A DNA stretch of 64,000 nt, taken from NCBI GenBank assembly GCA_965112635.1, contig OZ218778.1, positions 128,001 through 192,000 on the forward strand. The letters run 5' to 3'. The translations under genes and the position numbers were made by a program. Origin of the DNA: an uncultured bacterium. GTDB lineage: Bacteria; Oederibacteriota; Oederibacteriia; Oederibacteriales; Oederibacteriaceae. Every line of letters begins with the position of its first letter. The first letter of the stretch is position 1. The notes below the pieces were generated by a model. That model made no database searches. It had not been told where the DNA came from and was given only the letters and a program-made list of their open reading frames with translations. Positions 59,440 to 64,000 of the stretch are shown here, piece after piece.

Positions 59440-60171
59440 TTATCGCGCCTGGCTGACCACAAAATCAACCAGTTCCCGGCATTCAAACCAGCCCGGCCAC
59501 ATATCATGGCCTTTTCCCCTGACCAGGTTAAGGGTCATGGCCCCGCCCAGCTTGCGGTAGCGCCGGCACAGTTCGCCGGAATTCTTTTCCAATGGCACGA
59601 CCGTATCGCTGTCCCCGTGGATGTGATAAATGGGGATACGCGCCTTGGCCAGTGGCTCCAGGCGGTCAATGGGATTATGCTCTTTCAGTCCGGCCTGGAG
59701 CTGCAGCTCGGTCATTCCATAAGCTTCGCAGGCTTTGTCAACGCCGGGGTAGCTGGTCAGGGCGCACACGGGATAGATGCCCGCCACGCAGGCCACGCAA
59801 AAGGGATGCTCCACGGCCCAGTTATAGTGCATCAATCCTCCCCGGCTTCTGGCCAGCAAACAGGGCGTCTGGGAATAGCCGCGCCTCTGGACCATCTCCT
59901 CGTAAAAGCAAGTGAACAGGGCCCGGCCCGCGGGACTGCCGAACGATTCACCAACGTCTATTCCTGAAACAGCCAGCCCGTTTTTTAGGAACTCCTGAAG
60001 CATCCATTTTTCTTCCGGGCCCGGGTAGGCAGGCAGTGTCGGCGCGTACCAAACCCAGGGTTTCCCCGGCTTGGCCAAACTGTTATCCGGAGCGATCAAA
60101 AACGTCGTGCAGTTCTTTACGCTAAAAACTTGTCCGGGTATGGGCAATTCTTTGGACGGCCCCATCCGCAC
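59440..60171 (-). CDS. Alpha/beta hydrolase (paralog A)
   Basis: ARSRGG nucleophile elbow, HGDSD and GHD triad; ~90% identical to 62923-63645 by manual comparison. Confidence 0.88.
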   Translation of the reverse strand: MRMGPSKELPIPGQVFSVKNCTTFLIAPDNSLAKPGKPWVWYAPTLPAYPGPEEKWMLQEFLKNGLAVSGIDVGESFGSPAGRALFTCFYEEMVQRRGYSQTPCLLARSRGGLMHYNWAVEHPFCVACVAGIYPVCALTSYPGVDKACEAYGMTELQLQAGLKEHNPIDRLEPLAKARIPIYHIHGDSDTVVPLEKNSGELCRRYRKLGGAMTLNLVRGKGHDMWPGWFECRELVDFVVSQAR

Positions 60172-60238
60172 TCCTCAACTTCCCAACCAGATTGCATTAG
60201 ACGGCTCATATTTTTCTTTCTAATTTTTGCCGTGGGGT

Positions 60239-60757
60239 TTAATTTTGCTCGGAAAACTGAATATTGTTCTTATCAAGTAAAGCAATGACAGCAGAGATAT
60301 CAGTCACATATTTGAGCTCAATCTTCCACCGCCGGATCGCTTCCGCCATCGTAATCGTTTCGCATGCAAGAGCCTTTTTCGGTTCCCGCGTAATATATTC
60401 ATTGCTGGGAATTGGTTCAAAACCGTCACGGGTAAAAGTGAACACTGTCGGACAGAAATCCAAGATCATCTTTTGGTCCTCTTGACGGGCAAACAGAAGC
60501 GTTCTGCAGTCAGACCGCAGCTGATATCCCAGGGCATGTATTCTATCCGCGGAATCCGGCGTGACCCTTACGCGTAACCTTCTGACTTTGGGCAGCAAAT
60601 GGATGCTCACCTCGTCGAAGTCGCCGGCATACAAGACAGCATCTTCGATATATCCCTCTCGGGGACGATTTGAACTGCTTTTCCAATCAGGCGTGTGCCA
60701 GAACCTGGTTGGCTGGAAGATCATATCGCTTCTTGGTTTAGTCACTTTGTAGAGCAT
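60239..60757 (-). CDS. Hypothetical protein
   Basis: 172-aa ORF co-oriented with neighbours; no recognised motif. Confidence 0.55.
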   Translation of the reverse strand: MLYKVTKPRSDMIFQPTRFWHTPDWKSSSNRPREGYIEDAVLYAGDFDEVSIHLLPKVRRLRVRVTPDSADRIHALGYQLRSDCRTLLFARQEDQKMILDFCPTVFTFTRDGFEPIPSNEYITREPKKALACETITMAEAIRRWKIELKYVTDISAVIALLDKNNIQFSEQN

Positions 60758-60787
60758 GTCGTGTTTTCCAATTTAGGATTTCCCCTA

Positions 60788-60919
60788 TTATCCCTGATGG
60801 TCTTTTCCAAACACATTTTTAACAGCCTGCAAGTAGCCGTATCCCCAGCGCTCGTCCGGCAGGAGGTAACTGCCCTCGGTCCACTCATTCCAGCTGTTGA
60901 GGGTCAGGAGAGGAGCCTG
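60788..60919 (-). pseudogene. C-terminal remnant of the GH99-like gene
   Basis: Encodes [40 protein letters not shown], near-identical to the end of the gene at 63663; no start. Confidence 0.85.
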
Positions 60920-60942
60920 GCCCGTGGAACTCGAAAACGCCG

Positions 60943-61356
60943 TCAGATTTTTTGAACAATCTTGGTTTTAACCCATTCAAAGAACCTTTCCGCGTGCTTC
61001 ACGATCTCATCGGCTTCTTTCCGCGTGAATAGGCGGGATTCATATTCCACCAGGTTTTTCTGGTTCAGTATCTTACGAAGATGGCCGGCCGCATCGTCCG
61101 TTCCTTTGAACATCACTTTTTGCTGTAGAAGAACGGTCAGGTCCGAATGTTTTTGGCTGGAGCTTCGCAAACCGGCTTCAGCGACCAGGATGGCATCGGC
61201 TGAGCTGATCGCGCAATGTATGGCCGAAAGGGCGGCGGCATTCCAGCGGTCCCCGGCATAGTTATCGGTCATGGAATCGTAAAACTCCTGGGACTTTTTC
61301 CAATATAGAGCGGCTTGTTTGTGATCCACTTCTCTGGTGGGAATCTTACCTGCCAC
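60943..61356 (-). CDS. HEPN domain protein
   Basis: Helical [27 protein letters not shown] pattern; overlaps the upstream MNT gene. Confidence 0.8.
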   Translation of the reverse strand: MAGKIPTREVDHKQAALYWKKSQEFYDSMTDNYAGDRWNAAALSAIHCAISSADAILVAEAGLRSSSQKHSDLTVLLQQKVMFKGTDDAAGHLRKILNQKNLVEYESRLFTRKEADEIVKHAERFFEWVKTKIVQKI

Positions 61357-62017
61357 TGACGATCACCTCCATTTTGCTTTTGCCATGGACCACGATCCCA
61401 TCCCGATGGATATTCTTGACCAGGGGGTCGCCTTGCTTCATTTTGCGCCTGTATTCCATGACCGTATAGACGACCGGGGACAACATGATCTGGGTGTTGC
61501 GCTCAAATTCCATGGTCAACCACTCCAGAGTCGCTCCTTGAATGGACGCCTTATCTTTTTCCCCATTGACCAGGACCAGCAGGTCGGCATCGCTTGGCCA
61601 ATCCGCCTTGCCGGTGGCCCAGCTTCCGAATAAGACCAAAGAAACGACCCTCCCCCTTATTTCCCTGGGGAGCCTGCGGAAAAGTTCGTCTATTTCCATG
61701 ACGATCAACTTGTTTGGGTCAAGGCTGGGTTCTAATATCCTTTTATATAGAAGATGGGCGCGGTTGACCGTATAGACATGGCTATTGCCTATCCTCTTTA
61801 CCTGAACGAGACCGGACGAGGTAAGTTCTTTCAATACCCGGTGCACGGTCGGATGGGACAAACCGCTGTCCCTAGCCAACTGCCGGCCGCTCAATCCGGC
61901 GGGGTCGTTACGGAGAAGGCGGAGCAGACGCCAGACCGGACTGGCCGGAAAGAGTTTTTCCATAATGGATGAGTGGTGAAATTCATTGATCTTCTTCATG
62001 GTAAATAATATTACCAT
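61346..62017 (-). CDS. HTH plus minimal nucleotidyltransferase (MNT antitoxin-like)
   Basis: SGRQLARDSGLSHPTVHRVL HTH; LFGSWATGKADWPSDADL (GS-x10-DxD). Confidence 0.88.
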   Translation of the reverse strand: MVILFTMKKINEFHHSSIMEKLFPASPVWRLLRLLRNDPAGLSGRQLARDSGLSHPTVHRVLKELTSSGLVQVKRIGNSHVYTVNRAHLLYKRILEPSLDPNKLIVMEIDELFRRLPREIRGRVVSLVLFGSWATGKADWPSDADLLVLVNGEKDKASIQGATLEWLTMEFERNTQIMLSPVVYTVMEYRRKMKQGDPLVKNIHRDGIVVHGKSKMEVIVSGR

Positions 62018-62036
62018 ATGGTAAGTATATTTACCA
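61999..62036. promoter_or_regulatory. Palindromic operator overlapping the MNT start
   Basis: TGGTAAATAATATTACCATATGGTAAGTATATTTACCA with perfect core TTACCATATGGTAA. Confidence 0.6.
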
Positions 62037-62123
62037 ACATAATGTGGGTCCCCACCTATTTCGGCGTTTCGGCAAATGCCAAATGACCGAAAGGCTGGAA
62101 AATTGCAAGATTAGGCGGGGGTT

Positions 62124-62223
62124 ACTGAACCTTCAATTTTTGCATGTCACATGTCAAGACGCGACCCCGGAGCTATAAGGTAACTTCAATTTAAACATGT
62201 CACATGTCAAGACGCGACCCCGG
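62124..62223. repeat. Cassette-boundary repeat, tandem copies B and C (53-bp period)
   Basis: CATGTCACATGTCAAGACGCGACCCCGGAG occurs twice, with the CCCCGG ending at 62170 and 62223. Confidence 0.88.
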
Positions 62224-62424
62224 AGGCGCTGATCCAGAAGATATATCATTGATATATAAATTTATTTCACTGTAAGCAGGCGAGGAAATACATAATTGTT
62301 GAATCGCACTTCTAGTGATAAAAGGATGAGAAGTGTTATTATCCCAAGCAAAACACTTATCAGATTTAGAAAACGTTAACAATACTAATACCCAAAACAA
62401 TAACGGAATCATTTTCCTTGCCAT
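62200..62424 (-). pseudogene. Truncated secreted protein with a Zn-phospholipase C/S1-P1-like N-terminus (cassette)
   Basis: Signal peptide followed by AWDNNTSHPFITRSA (W..H motif); frame runs into and stops inside the repeat. Confidence 0.5.
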
Positions 62425-62443
62425 GTTATTTTACCCTTACATC

Positions 62444-62689
62444 CTAAAATATATTGTCATGGAGAACAGTTACGGAATAATAAGTAAGAGCTAATATGAT
62501 GGGAATGTGAATCACAAGAAATAATAAATAAAGCATCTTTTTTCTGTGCCTGAATTTCCACAATAGTAAAAACATCAATGATAAATCAAGAAAGGCGCAA
62601 GGCACAAATTTATCGGGATGATACCAAGCAAAAGCTGGCACTTGTATTGGGGCTATAATTAATAAAACTATTAAAGTATGAAACTCCAT
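62444..62689 (-). CDS. AT-rich small membrane protein (cassette)
   Basis: Three hydrophobic segments, low GC. Confidence 0.55.
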   Translation of the reverse strand: MEFHTLIVLLIIAPIQVPAFAWYHPDKFVPCAFLDLSLMFLLLWKFRHRKKMLYLLFLVIHIPIILALTYYSVTVLHDNIF

Positions 62690-62811
62690 ATTTTCTTACC
62701 TATTCCCTTCTATATAATATTTACTGAATGTCATTCGTTACCAGGACTTGGATTGCCTCCTGACTACCCAGCCCATCTGTATCTACCTCATTTTTTAGGA
62801 TACTGATCAAT

Positions 62812-62841
62812 AAAAAGGTACCGTGTCTTGTTTCTTGCATT
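62812..62841. repeat. Degenerate inverted partner of the cassette repeat (block B)
   Basis: AAAAAGGTACCGTGTCTTGTTTCTTGCATT; same position relative to the hydrolase as 59366-59395. Confidence 0.55.
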
Positions 62842-62852
62842 CTGCCATCTCC

Positions 62853-62886
62853 CCTGCCTACCCTGAGCCTGTCGAAGGGCCTGCCT
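62853..62886. repeat. REP-like palindrome (copy 2) flanked by CCTGCCT direct repeats
   Basis: CCTGCCT-A-CCCTGAGCCTGTCGAAGGG-CCTGCCT; absent from the paralogous spacer near 59400. Confidence 0.55.
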
Positions 62887-62922
62887 CCGGCTCTTTGGCT
62901 ACTTACTCACCAATTTTACCTC

Positions 62923-63645
62923 TTATCTTGCCTGGCTGACCACAAAATCAAGCAGTTCCTGACATTCAAACCAGCCCGGCCACATATCATGGCCTTTGCC
63001 TTGGACCAGATTAAGTGTCATCACCCCGCCCAGCTGGCGGTAGCGCAGAGCCAGCTCGCCGGAATTCTTTTCCAAAGGTACCACCGTATCGCTGTCTCCG
63101 TGGATGTGATAAATGGGGACACGGCCTTTAGCCAGAGGCTCCAGGCGGTCAATGGGATTATGTCCGGCCAGCTTGGCCTGAAGCTGTTGTTCGGTCATTC
63201 CATAAGCTTCGCAGGCTTTGTCAACGCCGGGGTAGCTGGTCAGGTCGCACACGGGATAGATACCCGCCACGCAAGCCACGCAAACGGGATGCTCCACCGC
63301 CCAGTTATAGTGCATCAGCCCTCCCCGGCTTCTGGCCAGCAAACAGGGAGTCTGTGAATAACCGCGTTGGACCATAACCTCATAAAAGGAAGTGAACAAA
63401 GCCCGGCCGGCAGGACTGCCGAACGATTCACCCACGTCTATGCCTGCGACAGCCAGCCCGTTTTTAAGGAACTCTTGGAACATCCATTTTTCTTCCGGGC
63501 CCGGGTAAGCAGGCAGGGTCGGCGCGTACCACACCCACGGCCTCCCCTGTTTGGCCAAACTGTTTTCCGGCGCGATCAAAAAAGCCGTGCAGTTCTTTAC
63601 GCTAAAAACTTGTCCGGGTATGGGCAGTTCTTTGGAAGGCTCCAC
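62923..63645 (-). CDS. Alpha/beta hydrolase (paralog B)
   Basis: ARSRGG, HGDSD and GHD; GAGGAG RBS. Confidence 0.88.
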   Translation of the reverse strand: MEPSKELPIPGQVFSVKNCTAFLIAPENSLAKQGRPWVWYAPTLPAYPGPEEKWMFQEFLKNGLAVAGIDVGESFGSPAGRALFTSFYEVMVQRGYSQTPCLLARSRGGLMHYNWAVEHPVCVACVAGIYPVCDLTSYPGVDKACEAYGMTEQQLQAKLAGHNPIDRLEPLAKGRVPIYHIHGDSDTVVPLEKNSGELALRYRQLGGVMTLNLVQGKGHDMWPGWFECQELLDFVVSQAR

Positions 63646-63662
63646 TCAAACTCCTCTTTCAC

Positions 63663-64000
63663 TCACCCTTTGCTATCTTTTCCAAACACATTTTTAACCG
63701 CCTGCAGGTAACCGTATCCCCAGCGTTGGTCCGGCAGGAGGTAACTGCCCTCGGTCCATTCATTCCAGCTATTGAGGGTCAGGAGCGGCGTCTGTTGCGG
63801 ACGGCTGTCCAAAAAGCTTTTGGCTTTCCGCAGGCAGGCCTCAAAAGCCTCAGGAGTGGAGCCGGTTACCGCGGTCTTGGCCGAGGGAAAGCGGTGGGTG
63901 TTGTCCCAGCCGATGGAGACTTGGGGAAAATATTGGTTGAATTCCTTTTCATATCCTTCCCAGCTGGCCATGGCCTTTTGCGCCCAGGCCGGGTAGCCCC
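63663..64000 (-). CDS. GH99-like/WbsX-like glycoside hydrolase domain protein, 3' part (runs off the window)
   Basis: YFPQVSIGWDNTHR and [23 protein letters not shown] motifs. Confidence 0.85.
   Translation of the reverse strand, partial: GYPAWAQKAMASWEGYEKEFNQYFPQVSIGWDNTHRFPSAKTAVTGSTPEAFEACLRKAKSFLDSRPQQTPLLTLNSWNEWTEGSYLLPDQRWGYGYLQAVKNVFGKDSKG

Noticed and set aside
62124-62225. Tandem repeats as a mini CRISPR array
   Set aside because: Only two adjacent units, the intervening sequence is itself partly repeated, a third copy lies 4 kb away, and there are no cas genes.

Overview
64 kb of mostly GC-rich chromosome from a diderm, LPS-producing bacterium (lpxL-lptCAB, kdsD, secDF-yajC, tgt/queA, recJ, thiL, tsaE). 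Thr/Pro-linker proteins with T9SS-like C-terminal domains next to a PorV-like barrel suggest, by inference only, an uncultured lineage outside classical Bacteroidota. From left to right the window holds: a cobalamin uptake locus with two related cobalamin riboswitches; a divergent membrane pyrophosphatase; housekeeping genes; an AraC/sugar-catabolism block lying between kdsD and lpxL-lptCAB; tRNA-Val(CAC) preceded by a promoter and an unassigned four-way-junction RNA candidate; a PorV-like gene with two secreted cargo genes, one frameshifted; and a GH38/GH74-like/GH94/SIS glycan cluster. The last 7 kb is the most unusual part. It is a twice-repeated scaffold (GH99-like tail, ~90% identical alpha/beta hydrolases, nearby toxin-antitoxin pairs), and each copy carries different AT-rich gene cassettes bracketed by the same ~47-bp repeat (core AAGACGCGACCCCGG) and a degenerate inverted partner, with no recombinase in the window. 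Several non-autonomous IS200/IS605-type and REP-like mini-elements are scattered through the window. All calls come from manual motif reading; no database searches were run.
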